Position numbers and translations under genes: made by a program
The notes under the pieces: generated by a model
The model's input: the letters and a program-made list of their open reading frames with translations, nothing else
What the model was told of the DNA's origin: nothing
The model's database searches: none
DNA from: Acidobacteriota bacterium
GTDB taxonomy: Bacteria; Acidobacteriota; UBA890; WLXD01
Assembly: GCA_965205505.1 (NCBI GenBank)
Contig: CBDBHB010000007.1
Span: 256,001-320,000, forward strand
Length of the DNA: 64,000 nt
Direction: 5' to 3'
Part shown: positions 30,816 through 40,360 of the stretch, piece by piece
Layout: each line of letters starts with the position of its first letter
Position numbering within the stretch: the first letter of the stretch is position 1

Positions 30816-32674
30816 ATGAAACAAATCATTTCATTGTCCATACTCTTTCTGCTCTGGGCCATGGGCCTTGCGGCCAACACAGAGTTTGACGTCAGGGCAC
30901 ATTACGACCGTTCGGTTTACAAGATTCCGGTACGCGACGGCATCAAACTACATACTGTCGTCTACACCCCCAAGAACAAATCACAGACATATCCTTTCCT
31001 GATGGTACGCACCCCCTATTCCGCCAGCCCGTATGGTCCCGACGAATTTCATCCGCCTGAATGAATAGCACCAAGTGATGATTTTCTGGAAGATGGCTAT
31101 ATTTTTGTATTTCAAGATGGACGCGGTACGTATCAGTCTGAAGGAGAATGGATCAATCTTCGACCGGTCCGCAGCGACGACAGCGGCATAGATGAAGCGA
31201 CGGATAGTTACGATACGATCGAGTGGCTGGTCACGAACATTTCAGGAAATAGCGGACGGCTGGGCCAGTGGGGGATCTCCCATCCCGGCTGGTATACGGT
31301 GATGGGCATCATTGGTGCACATCCGGCACTCAAGGCAGCGTCCCCTCCGGCGACGACATTTGATCCCTTTCTCGGTGATGATTCCCATCATAACGGCGCT
31401 TTCACGCTGCTGGGCACGGAATGGTGGTTTGCCATGAGCGTTGCCAGTGGCCCCAATCGCGGCAGGCTGAATGGAATCCGTCCCAAGCCTATGGATCACG
31501 GCACGCCGTGGGCTTATGAGTTCTTTCTGAATGCCGGACCGACGGATCAACTCAACGAGCGACACTATGAAGGGCAGATGACCCAAGTATGGCAGAACGT
31601 AATCCAACATCCGGACTACGATGAGTTTTGGAAGAGCATAAATGTCGCGCGGTCGCTCGGCAATGTCACGATACCTGTCTTGAATGTGGCGGGATGGTTC
31701 GACTCGCCTGACCCCTACGGGGCCATCGCAACGTATCAGACCATCGAGGAAAAGAACCGCGAAAACCACAGCACGCTTGTCGTTGGCCCCTGGCGGCATG
31801 GCGGTTGGCGTGCGGATGACGGATCAACGCTGGGAGACATCCAGTTTGGCGCCAAGACTTCTGAATATTTTCAGAAGGATATTATTTTCCCCTTTCTTCC
31901 AGTACTACTTGAAAGATAAGGGGAGCTGGTCCCCTTCCGAGGCCACAATGTTTGAAACCGGGAACAACAGGTGGCGTCGCTTCCAACAGTGGCCTCCAAA
32001 CCATGTAGGCAAGACAAATATCTATCTTCAGGAAGACGATGGGCTCTCCTTCGACCAACCAACGGAGACCAACCACAAATACCCATGACAGCTATATAAG
32101 CGACCCGGCGAAACCTGTGCCGTTTTCACTCGAGATACCCATGGCACCGTACAACCATATGGTGGGAGACCAGCGTCATGCCTCCACTCGCACTGATGTC
32201 CTGACTTACCGGACAAAGGCACTGGAAGAAGAAATAACCATAGCCGAGCCTATTCGCGCCAACCTCTTTGCCTCAACCTCCGGAACGGACAGTGACTGGT
32301 TTGTAAAGCTCATCGATGTTTATCCGGGAGACGCCCCGGATAATGGGAATGTCAAAATGGGTGGTTATCAGATGCTGCTGGGCATCGAGGTGATGAGGGG
32401 CAAATACCGCAACAGCTACTCGAACCCCGAACCCATGGAACCGGACGAAGTAACAGCCATCAGCTTTGAAATAAGGGACAAGTTTCATACTTTCAAGAAA
32501 GGGCACAAGATCATGGTTCAGGTTCACAGTTCCTGGTTCCCGGCATTTGACCGCAACCCGCAGACCTTCACCAACATTTACCGCGCCAAGAAGAACGAGT
32601 ATCAAAAAGCGACACAAAAGATATATCGCTCCCAAGAATCGCCGTCTCACCTGGTTTTGCCGATTATCGAGTAG
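30816..32674 (+). pseudogene. CocE/NonD family hydrolase, disrupted (TGA 31062-31064; frameshifts at ~31890 and ~32085)
   Basis: IPVRDGIKL, RTPY, QDGRG, GISHPG, GPWRHG, DPAKPVP, SSWFPAFDRNPQ spread over several frames; visibly AT-richer than the flanks. Confidence 0.88.
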
Positions 32675-32786
32675 CAGGACCCGAAGGCCAGGGACGTCTG
32701 AGGGCCGGACTCGTCGCGGGGCCGCGGTGTATGGTGTGGTGCCGATTCAGATTTCAATCAGACCCCAAACTCCAGGAGGCCGCTCC

Positions 32787-33242
32787 ATGAGGCTCCTTCG
32801 CGCCGCCGGCGCTTCGCTGCTCGTGCTCATTTGTCTGATCTCGGGCAGCGGGACGGTCGCTGCCCAAGAAACCAGCGGGGCCGATGTCGATGCCGTGCTT
32901 GCCGCGATGACAACCATCAGCGACGCCCTGCGCGCCGGTGACGAAGAGACATTCCTGGCGGGTTACACGGACGATTTGTTCTTCATGTGCCAAAACAGCG
33001 CACCGGTGATCGGCAGGGCCGCGCTCGATGCACAGACTGACTTCGGCGGGCAGTCGAGGGAATGGGTCGAAACCTACATCGAGGTCATGGTGAACGGCGA
33101 TTGGGGGCACATCATCGGCGACTGGACGTCGGGTGACCGCAGCGGCAAAGCGATCTACATGTTCGCGCGCCAGGACGATGCCTCTTGGAAGATCTCGCAC
33201 GAGTTCGTCAATTCCAATGGCACCCCGGAGGAAAGCCGGTGA
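32787..33242 (+). CDS. NTF2/SnoaL-like (DUF4440) secreted protein
   Basis: Signal peptide; YTDD, APVIGRAA, GDWG, QDDASWKI. Confidence 0.75.
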   Translation: MRLLRAAGASLLVLICLISGSGTVAAQETSGADVDAVLAAMTTISDALRAGDEETFLAGYTDDLFFMCQNSAPVIGRAALDAQTDFGGQSREWVETYIEVMVNGDWGHIIGDWTSGDRSGKAIYMFARQDDASWKISHEFVNSNGTPEESR

Positions 33243-33700
33243 AGCTCGATAACCGCGCGACTACGTTGTTGATATCGCTGGCCACAATCTCCACTCTCGC
33301 CTGCGGCCCGACGGCAGAGCCGGCGGCCCCCGACCCGGAGCCCACACCGACCGCTGGCGATGACCGCGCCGCCATCGACGCGCTGATGGACCGCCTCGAG
33401 GCTGCCTACGCGAAGACCGACATCGACGAGCTGATGGATGTCTACACCGACGACCTCGTTTATATGGGTGCCGGTGCGCCGCTGGTGCAGGGCGCTGCGG
33501 ACTTTCGCGCCGCCAACGACCCGGTGGGCGCCTACGACCTCGTAATGCACAACGACGAGGTGATGGTGACCGGAGACTGGGGCTACGCCCGCGGTACCTA
33601 CGATGGCAACGATCGGTACGTGATGATCGTACGCCGCGGCGATGACGGCGTGTGGAGGATCGCGAGAGAGATCTGGAACGTGGCCCCGGACGAGGAGTAA
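33239..33700 (+). CDS. NTF2/SnoaL-like (DUF4440) lipoprotein, tandem paralog
   Basis: GTG start overlapping the upstream TGA; LAC lipobox; YTDD, GDWGY, DGVWRIAREIWN. Confidence 0.75.
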   Translation: MKLDNRATTLLISLATISTLACGPTAEPAAPDPEPTPTAGDDRAAIDALMDRLEAAYAKTDIDELMDVYTDDLVYMGAGAPLVQGAADFRAANDPVGAYDLVMHNDEVMVTGDWGYARGTYDGNDRYVMIVRRGDDGVWRIAREIWNVAPDEE

Positions 33701-33791
33701 GTACCGCTACGTGGACCACTTCGACCCTGGGTTGCGGACTCGTCACCGGCAGCATGAAGTCAGCTTCCTGAATCGCGCGGTGTGATCGAAG

Positions 33792-36377
33792 CTAGCGCTG
33801 CATCGTGAAGGTGAACTTCGCCGTCAGCGTGCGGTCGTCCAGGCGGTCGAACAGCCCGCTGAACGCCGTCGACTGCCGGTACACCAGGTAGAAGTCGTCG
33901 CCGGTGCGATAGATGTAGCGCAGCCGCGCGAACGCCGATAGCTGGTCGGTGACGCTACTGTGCTGCAGCAGCGAGTCGAACAGCAGGCGGTCCGAGAACG
34001 ACAGGTTGGCGCGCAGTCGTACCAGGTGCGTGTTGAAGCTGCCCCCCGGTAGATGGATGCGGTTGAAGTTGTACTGCGGGCTCAGTGTGAAGCGGTCGCT
34101 GAAGCGGAAGCTGGGGCCCCCACCGACCCCGAGGCGCGTGCCGTCGTAGAACTCGCCGAGGTTGAAGGTCAGGTTGCCGCTCAGCGCGCGTCGCGGGGCA
34201 GTGCGCAGCGAGATCTCACCGTCGGTCCACGAGTAGTCGCCGATGGGAATTGACACGTTTTCGTCGATGGGGAAATCGAAGTCCAGCACCTCGTAGTTGC
34301 GGTTGATGCGGAAACGAACCGTGTCCGAAGACTCGAGATCCAACCGCGTTCTCAAGCTATTCAACCGGGATACCAATCGCCCGCTGGTATCGGTGATGCG
34401 TTCCAGCGAGGGGTTGAACGAAACGCGCCGCAACAGCGGCCAGCTCGGGCGTACCGACCAGCGCCCTTGGGCAGTGGTGCGCACGATGTCCCGCCGCAAG
34501 ACGAAGCCGAGATCGGTATCGAAGTCGTCGGCTACGTACGTGACATCGGCGCCGAGCGACCATTCTTCGGTGTCCCATCCGGCGCTGAGCTGCCCGACCC
34601 AGGAGGTGCCGTCGACGTCGTTGTCCTGGCCGCCGGCCACGAACCCCGTCACGAACAGGTGGTCGAAGAGTATGAAGTCGAGGTCGACGCCGAAGACACG
34701 ATTGTACTGGCCGTCGGGCCCCTGAACGTTGGTGACCAGCGCGCCGACACTGGATCGACCGAAGACGGGCTGTTTCCAGCGGAAGGCGGCGAAGTTCTGG
34801 GCGACGCCGAACTGTGAGTCCCTGGTCTGCACGTTGACGAAGCCGAGGTTGCCGTTGCCGATCTTCCCCGTCAGCTTGCCGCCGAAGCGGATCGGAACCG
34901 GTTGCCCCTCGGGCCCAAGACCGATCCGCCGCGAGAAGAACAGCAGCGCCAGCGGCGGCTGTCGCTGGAAGCCGAAACCCTCACCCTCACCCGATGCTCG
35001 CCGCGGCAGGGTACCGAAGGTGAAGTTGTTCGCCGACTCGAGGAAGAACTCGCGTTGCTCGGGAAAGAACAGCGAGAAGCGCGTCAGGTTCACCTGCTGG
35101 GTGTCGGCCTCGACCTCGGCGAAGTCGGTATTCGCCGTCAGGTTGGCGGTGAGGCTGGGCGTGAGCTGCACCTTGAACACCTCGATGCCGATATCGCTCC
35201 TGCCCTCGGAGAGCGGATCGTCACGCTGCTGGAAGGAGTCGTAGGCGCCGGTAACGAACGGCTTGAGACGGAACCGACCCGTGAGCCCCACGTTCTGCAG
35301 CCCGAGCAGATGGCCGTACTGTGATACGGCGAGAAAGTTGTAGTCGCGGCTGGTGTTGTTCCAGTTGATGCGCTCTTGGTTATGGATTACCTCGCGCTCG
35401 TATTCGATTCCCCAAACGTCGCTTCCGGGGTTGAACCGGAGCGCCGCGAACGGGATGGCCATTTCGGCTTCCCAGCCGCGCTCGGTGATGCTCGCCGCAG
35501 CTTCCCAGTTCTCGTCCCAGGCCGTGTTGAGCTGACTCTCGTCACGAATGGTGTAGTCGAACTTGGCGCCGAGCGGGTTGACCTCGAAGCCGAGGGTGTT
35601 GCGATGGTCGTGGAACGTGTCGATGTAGATCGCCACCCAGTCATCCCCGGAGTGGAATTCGTCGCGGCGCATCACCGAAGCGCCGATATTCTCCGGCTCA
35701 TTGTCGTAGTTGATCCACCCGAAGTAGAGGTGTTCCTCGTCGTACAGGACGTATACCTCGGTGCGCTTCGTCGGCGCCGCTCCGTTGTTGGGCTCCTTCT
35801 GCACGAAGTCGCTCACGACCTCGGCCAGCGCCCATTGCGCCTCGTCGATCCGCCCATCGAGCACCGGGGGCGAGTCCGTCCATGTCGCGACAGAGATCTT
35901 GCCATCGCGGGGCAGGTCAGCCGCGGATCCCGAGACCACCCCGGCATTCGTCGACGGAGCTGCGGCGCTGGCAGGGAGCATCAGCGTCGGAGCTCCGGTT
36001 TCTGGCAGCGTCGGGGCTTCGGTTGCCGGGTACGTCGTGTTGTCTGCCGGCGTGAGGGCAGGGGCAGCTTCGGCGGGGGGTCGGGGCACCGATTCGACGG
36101 CGTTGGATCCATCCGGGCTTGGGCTCGGTGTATCGGACACCGACGGCGGCGGGGCCGACGGCAACGCCACCGGGCCGGTCTCACCGGATCGGACCATTCG
36201 TACCGGGATGTTGCGACCCGGCGCCGGCCGCACCGACCTCGCCGACTCGCCTGGACGGACCATCCGGACCGGAATCTGCCGGCGACGACGTTCTTGCTCG
36301 GCGCCTTCCTGTTCCGCGGCGACGGCCGTGCTGGCAAGCATCACGCAGACGGCCGCGAGCGTCAGCCCCCTGCGCAT
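33792..36377 (-). CDS. CBM9-like + DUF5916 outer-membrane protein with a Pro/Ala-rich N-terminal linker
   Basis: PPVLDGRIDEAQW, EMAIPFAALRF, NTDFAEVEAD, NLTRFSLFFPEQREFFLE, LFFSRRIGL. Confidence 0.85.
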   Translation of the reverse strand: MRRGLTLAAVCVMLASTAVAAEQEGAEQERRRRQIPVRMVRPGESARSVRPAPGRNIPVRMVRSGETGPVALPSAPPPSVSDTPSPSPDGSNAVESVPRPPAEAAPALTPADNTTYPATEAPTLPETGAPTLMLPASAAAPSTNAGVVSGSAADLPRDGKISVATWTDSPPVLDGRIDEAQWALAEVVSDFVQKEPNNGAAPTKRTEVYVLYDEEHLYFGWINYDNEPENIGASVMRRDEFHSGDDWVAIYIDTFHDHRNTLGFEVNPLGAKFDYTIRDESQLNTAWDENWEAAASITERGWEAEMAIPFAALRFNPGSDVWGIEYEREVIHNQERINWNNTSRDYNFLAVSQYGHLLGLQNVGLTGRFRLKPFVTGAYDSFQQRDDPLSEGRSDIGIEVFKVQLTPSLTANLTANTDFAEVEADTQQVNLTRFSLFFPEQREFFLESANNFTFGTLPRRASGEGEGFGFQRQPPLALLFFSRRIGLGPEGQPVPIRFGGKLTGKIGNGNLGFVNVQTRDSQFGVAQNFAAFRWKQPVFGRSSVGALVTNVQGPDGQYNRVFGVDLDFILFDHLFVTGFVAGGQDNDVDGTSWVGQLSAGWDTEEWSLGADVTYVADDFDTDLGFVLRRDIVRTTAQGRWSVRPSWPLLRRVSFNPSLERITDTSGRLVSRLNSLRTRLDLESSDTVRFRINRNYEVLDFDFPIDENVSIPIGDYSWTDGEISLRTAPRRALSGNLTFNLGEFYDGTRLGVGGGPSFRFSDRFTLSPQYNFNRIHLPGGSFNTHLVRLRANLSFSDRLLFDSLLQHSSVTDQLSAFARLRYIYRTGDDFYLVYRQSTAFSGLFDRLDDRTLTAKFTFTMQR

Positions 36378-36663
36378 GGCCGCACCGAGTTCCGGCCGCG
36401 TTTCGTCGGCTTCCGTAACTGCATCCATCGCTCGTCGATCGAGGGGTCTCCCGCAAGGTTCCCGATTGGCTTCATGCGGGCACAACTCACCCCAATCTAG
36501 CAGAGCAGAAGTTGCGACCCCGAGTAGCTGAGTTCGTTGCTATCCCGACAAGGGGCCAATCGCGGACACAGCGCACCACAGAGTTGAAAGCGCCGTGTAC
36601 TGGATGCGTGAAGCGTCGAGCGAGCGAGGCTGTGCGCTAGGCGCATCCCTGTTCGCCGGCCCG

Positions 36664-37299
36664 TCAGGTGCTCGAGGTCATCTCCACGTAGATCGCCAGG
36701 ATCTCGGAGCCGTACTCCGGGTGGCCAGGAAGGTACGGGCGAGGCTCCGACCAGTTGACGGAGCAGCGCCCCTCCCGCTCCAGACCGGACAACAGGCTGT
36801 CGTAGGAGCGCTCGGCCCAAAGATCGCTGCGCTGGCTGAAGACAATCGACCCGCCCGGCCTGACGAGCCGAAGAAACTCGGTCAGGAGTTGGAGGCCGTC
36901 GTGCACGTAGGTGAACACGCCCGTGCTGACCACGGCCTCGAATCGATCGTCGACGAACGGCAGCTCCCGAGTCAGATCGATCTGGACCACGCTCCGATAC
37001 ACACCGCGCTTCTGTGCCCGTTCCAGAGAGTCCCAGGACACGTCGACCCCCAGCAGATTGTCGAAGCCGAGCTTCTGGAGCGCCGCTCCCAATCGCCCGG
37101 TGCCGCATCCGGCATCCAGCACGGTTTCGGCGGCGTCGAGCCCGCGCGCTGCCAGCCGGCTGGCGACGACGTCGGGAGCGCGGTAGCCCCAAGCGTCCAG
37201 GTCGGCATCGTAGTCCTCGGACCAATCGTCATAAAACGCTTCGAGCTCGCGCGGTGTCGCATCGATGAACGAGCTCAGGTTCTCAGGACCCTGTCGCAT
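36664..37299 (-). CDS. Class I SAM-dependent methyltransferase
   Basis: YDDWSEDYD, VLDAGCGTG, GVDVS, LVRPGG. Confidence 0.88.
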   Translation of the reverse strand: MRQGPENLSSFIDATPRELEAFYDDWSEDYDADLDAWGYRAPDVVASRLAARGLDAAETVLDAGCGTGRLGAALQKLGFDNLLGVDVSWDSLERAQKRGVYRSVVQIDLTRELPFVDDRFEAVVSTGVFTYVHDGLQLLTEFLRLVRPGGSIVFSQRSDLWAERSYDSLLSGLEREGRCSVNWSEPRPYLPGHPEYGSEILAIYVEMTSST

Positions 37300-37601
37300 C
37301 GGAACCTGCCAGAAACGAGCGTGTCGCGGATCGCCGGGAAGTATACCGACAATCTGCTTACGCGGGTCGGGCTTCCAGGGGTTTCGCGAGCGAAGCCGAT
37401 CGCGTAGTTGCGGCGGCCGGCGGTCCGGCCTGCTACTTCCCTTCGCGCCGTGTGACGCGTCTGGATCCGGCGATGGTGCTCACCGGCGACTGGCCACGAT
37501 TCCCCTTCAGTTGATCATGTCTCTTCGCAGAGGCTACCCTGGCGCTGTTTTCCCCGATGTCAAACTTTGTTCCCAGCCCTGCCACACACGTGGAGCAAGC
37601 C

Positions 37602-38633
37602 ATGAGAGCTACCGCTCTTCTGATCCTGACCCTCGCCCTGTCTGGCTGCCGTTCACCCGCACCCGAGCCTGCGGGTGAGGATCCGGCGACCGCACCTGAC
37701 GCTGAGGTCGAGATCACGGAATGGCTAGTTCCGTGGGAGGACACAACTCCTCGAGATCCGTACGTGGGCCCGCAGAACCATGTTTGGTTCGTTGGGCAGG
37801 GAGGAGACTACATCGCATCGTTCGACCCAACGACTGGCGATTTCGCCCGCTTCGACCTGGATCCTGGAACCGGCCCTCACAACCTGATCGTGGATGATGA
37901 CGGCAGCGTCTGGTACGCGGGAAATGCAGCCGCCCATATCGGCAAGCTGGATCCGGAGAGCGGGGAGATCACCAAGCTCCCCATGCCGGATCCGGCAGCC
38001 GGGGATCCGCACACGCTCGTGTTCGATCAGAACGGCGACATATGGTTTACGGTGCAGGCTGGGAACTTCGTCGGCAAACTGCAGCCTCGGTCTGGCGAGA
38101 TTCAGTTGATCGCTGTGCCGACAGAAGCTGCGCGTCCGTACGGCATTGTCATCGACTCCAACAACCGGCCGTGGATCGTCGAATTCGGCGTCAACAAGAT
38201 TGCGACTGTTGATCCCGACACGATGGCACTTGAAGAGATAACGCTGCCGCGCCCGGAGACCCGGCCCCGCCGACTCGCAGTAACCTCAGACGACAAGATC
38301 TGGTACGTCGACTACGGTCACGGATTCCTTGGCCGGCTCGATGGTTTCACCCACGAAATCGAAGAATGGCCTGTGCCTGCCGGGAGCGGTGCCCTGGCGT
38401 ATGCCATGGCGGTAGATGATCGCGACCGCCTTTGGTTCGTGGAGAGCGGCCCGCAGCCAAATCGATTGGTCGGATTCGACCCGGCTACGTCCGAGTTCTT
38501 CAGCATCACCGAGATTGAAAGCGGTGGTGGGACGGTACGTCACATGTACTTCGATGAACGTAGTCGAGAGATCTGGTTTGGGACCGACACCAACTACATC
38601 GGCAGAGCCCGGCTCAAGGCACTGTCAACCTAA
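37602..38633 (+). CDS. Virginiamycin B lyase (Vgb)-like beta-propeller lipoprotein
   Basis: LSGC lipobox; GPHNL, DPHTL, RPYGI, RPRR, VRHM repeats. Confidence 0.85.
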   Translation: MRATALLILTLALSGCRSPAPEPAGEDPATAPDAEVEITEWLVPWEDTTPRDPYVGPQNHVWFVGQGGDYIASFDPTTGDFARFDLDPGTGPHNLIVDDDGSVWYAGNAAAHIGKLDPESGEITKLPMPDPAAGDPHTLVFDQNGDIWFTVQAGNFVGKLQPRSGEIQLIAVPTEAARPYGIVIDSNNRPWIVEFGVNKIATVDPDTMALEEITLPRPETRPRRLAVTSDDKIWYVDYGHGFLGRLDGFTHEIEEWPVPAGSGALAYAMAVDDRDRLWFVESGPQPNRLVGFDPATSEFFSITEIESGGGTVRHMYFDERSREIWFGTDTNYIGRARLKALST

Positions 38634-38672
38634 CCGCCCGAGTTTTCCGCTTGGTGACTGCCTCCTGGAGGA

Positions 38673-38782
38673 TCAGGTCACTCGCTCGACTTGCGAACCA
38701 CCCGGTGTCCACGTGCTGTCTTCGATCTCATCGAGCACGTGCGCGTAGACGTTCAGCGTCATCGACGCCGGGGGATGGCTGA
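38673..38782 (-). pseudogene. C-terminal remnant of a tyrosine recombinase/integrase
   Basis: SHPPASMTLNVYAHVL resembles the GH...T..Y.H catalytic-Tyr box. Confidence 0.55.
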
Positions 38783-39963
38783 CGCTGTCGTGGAGCTCGG
38801 GCTCGCATCGCCTCGAACAGCTCGATGTGGCTCTCGACGATCCGACGCCGCGCCGCCTCGTTCGGCTCGAGATCCCAGACGCCCTCTTCGCTCGTGCCAC
38901 CGAGCGCGATGCCGTCGCTGCGCGGCGCCATGTGGATGAACCCGCCGCGCGCGTTGGGGCTGCCGGGCACGCCACCGAACGTCGCGTAGTCGACCTCGGG
39001 CTGAGGCACCAGCATGGTGAGCTGGCCCTTCAGCGGGATCAGCTCGTCGTCCTTGAAGAGCTCGCGCGCCCCGAGCCCGGTGCAGTTGACGATGAGCGAC
39101 TCGCGCAGCGACATCAGATCTCGCGACGTCGCAAACTGGCAAATCACGATGCGGCCGCCGAACAGGAGAACGTCGCGCACCAGCGCGTCCAGGTAGATCG
39201 CAGGCTCGATCAGGAGCCACGGGGCGCGGGTGGCGAACCTGGAAGGGAACGGGTGCTCACCGGGCTCCAGCACCACCCGGCCCGTTCGCAAGGACGCGGG
39301 CCGCAGCGGCGAGAGCGAACCTCCCTCCGGCGTTGCGGGCGGCTCGTTCATCATCCCGTAGATGTTGCTCCACGAGACTCCGTAGCCGCGGCCCACCAGC
39401 AGCTGCAGCTGCTCGTACGCGATCTCCGCAGCGCGCTGGAACTGCGCATCCCATTCCGGCGTGCGCCGGTTCCCGTCAATCAGCCCGGACGTCGGCGTGA
39501 AGGCGGCCAGAGCCTTGTTGGAGGTTGTGTCTGGAGGCACCGACTTGGCGTAGATGGTCACGTCGAAGCCGCGCCGCTGCAGCTGCCGCGCCGTGGTCAG
39601 CCCAACGGTGCCGCAGCCGATGACTGCCGCGTGCCGGTCGCCGTGCTCCATCGCGATCTCGGCCGCCAGTTCGGCCGTACCCCAACCGATCGAGTGGCCG
39701 GCTCCGCCGTGGCCGTAGTTGTGGATGACGGTCTTGGCGTCGAGCTTCTGAGCCCTGAGCACGAACCCGGAGGGCCGGTGCGGACGCAACCCGACCGTGG
39801 TGCGGATAACCCGATCCCAGGAAGCTTCGACAGGGGCGAGGTTGACTCTGAACCTCGGCAGCTCGTTGGGCCTCGGCGCGCGCGCCGCACACCCACCCAC
39901 ACCGAGACCGAGCACCGCCAGGCCACCGGTTTTGAGTAACGCGCGCCTGTCCACCGCTGTCAC
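38728..39963 (-). CDS. FAD-dependent D-amino-acid oxidase-like protein, circularly permuted, Tat lipoprotein signal
   Basis: DRRALLK...VGGC; GLRPHR and HNYGHGGAG precede VIGCGTVG; IVNCTGLGA, PLKGQ. Confidence 0.85.
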   Translation of the reverse strand: MTAVDRRALLKTGGLAVLGLGVGGCAARAPRPNELPRFRVNLAPVEASWDRVIRTTVGLRPHRPSGFVLRAQKLDAKTVIHNYGHGGAGHSIGWGTAELAAEIAMEHGDRHAAVIGCGTVGLTTARQLQRRGFDVTIYAKSVPPDTTSNKALAAFTPTSGLIDGNRRTPEWDAQFQRAAEIAYEQLQLLVGRGYGVSWSNIYGMMNEPPATPEGGSLSPLRPASLRTGRVVLEPGEHPFPSRFATRAPWLLIEPAIYLDALVRDVLLFGGRIVICQFATSRDLMSLRESLIVNCTGLGARELFKDDELIPLKGQLTMLVPQPEVDYATFGGVPGSPNARGGFIHMAPRSDGIALGGTSEEGVWDLEPNEAARRRIVESHIELFEAMRARAPRQRQPSPGVDDAERLRARAR

Positions 39964-39966
39964 CCG

Positions 39967-40285
39967 CTACGGGTCCGTCGGCACGAGCCGCCTCAGCTCG
40001 TCGAACCAGTTGATGATCACCGGAACCTGGGTCACTGGCGGCGCTGTCTCTTGGACCATTAGAAAACGCTGGCCGTCATCGGCGATGTCGTAATTCGCGT
40101 TGCCGAACTGATCGAACGTGAAGCGCCGTTCAAACAGCTCCACTGGCCTGCACCCAGACGTCGCGCCCTCGGGTGGGAGTGACCTCGCAAGAAAAGCAGG
40201 GTGTCATCCTCTGACAACGACATTGGAACTATGGGAGTCTCGGCCCTCGACAAGAAGCTCCAGATCACTTCCGTCCACCGCAGAG
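39967..40285 (-). pseudogene. C-terminal remnant of a kinase-TolB/PD40-type protein
   Basis: GRPVELFE...NYDIADDGQRFLMV...VIINWFDELRRLVPTDP*, with upstream broken propeller fragments. Confidence 0.75.
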
Positions 40286-40360
40286 GAATGGATACTATAG
40301 GGCCGGACTGAGAAAAGCCGGCGTTCCGCGCAGTTCCCGCGTTAGAGAACCGGAGGAGCT

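Noticed and set aside
31062-31064. In-frame TGA in the CocE/NonD gene as possible selenocysteine
   Set aside because: Not at a recognisable Cys position, no SECIS-like hairpin seen, and the gene has other lesions.
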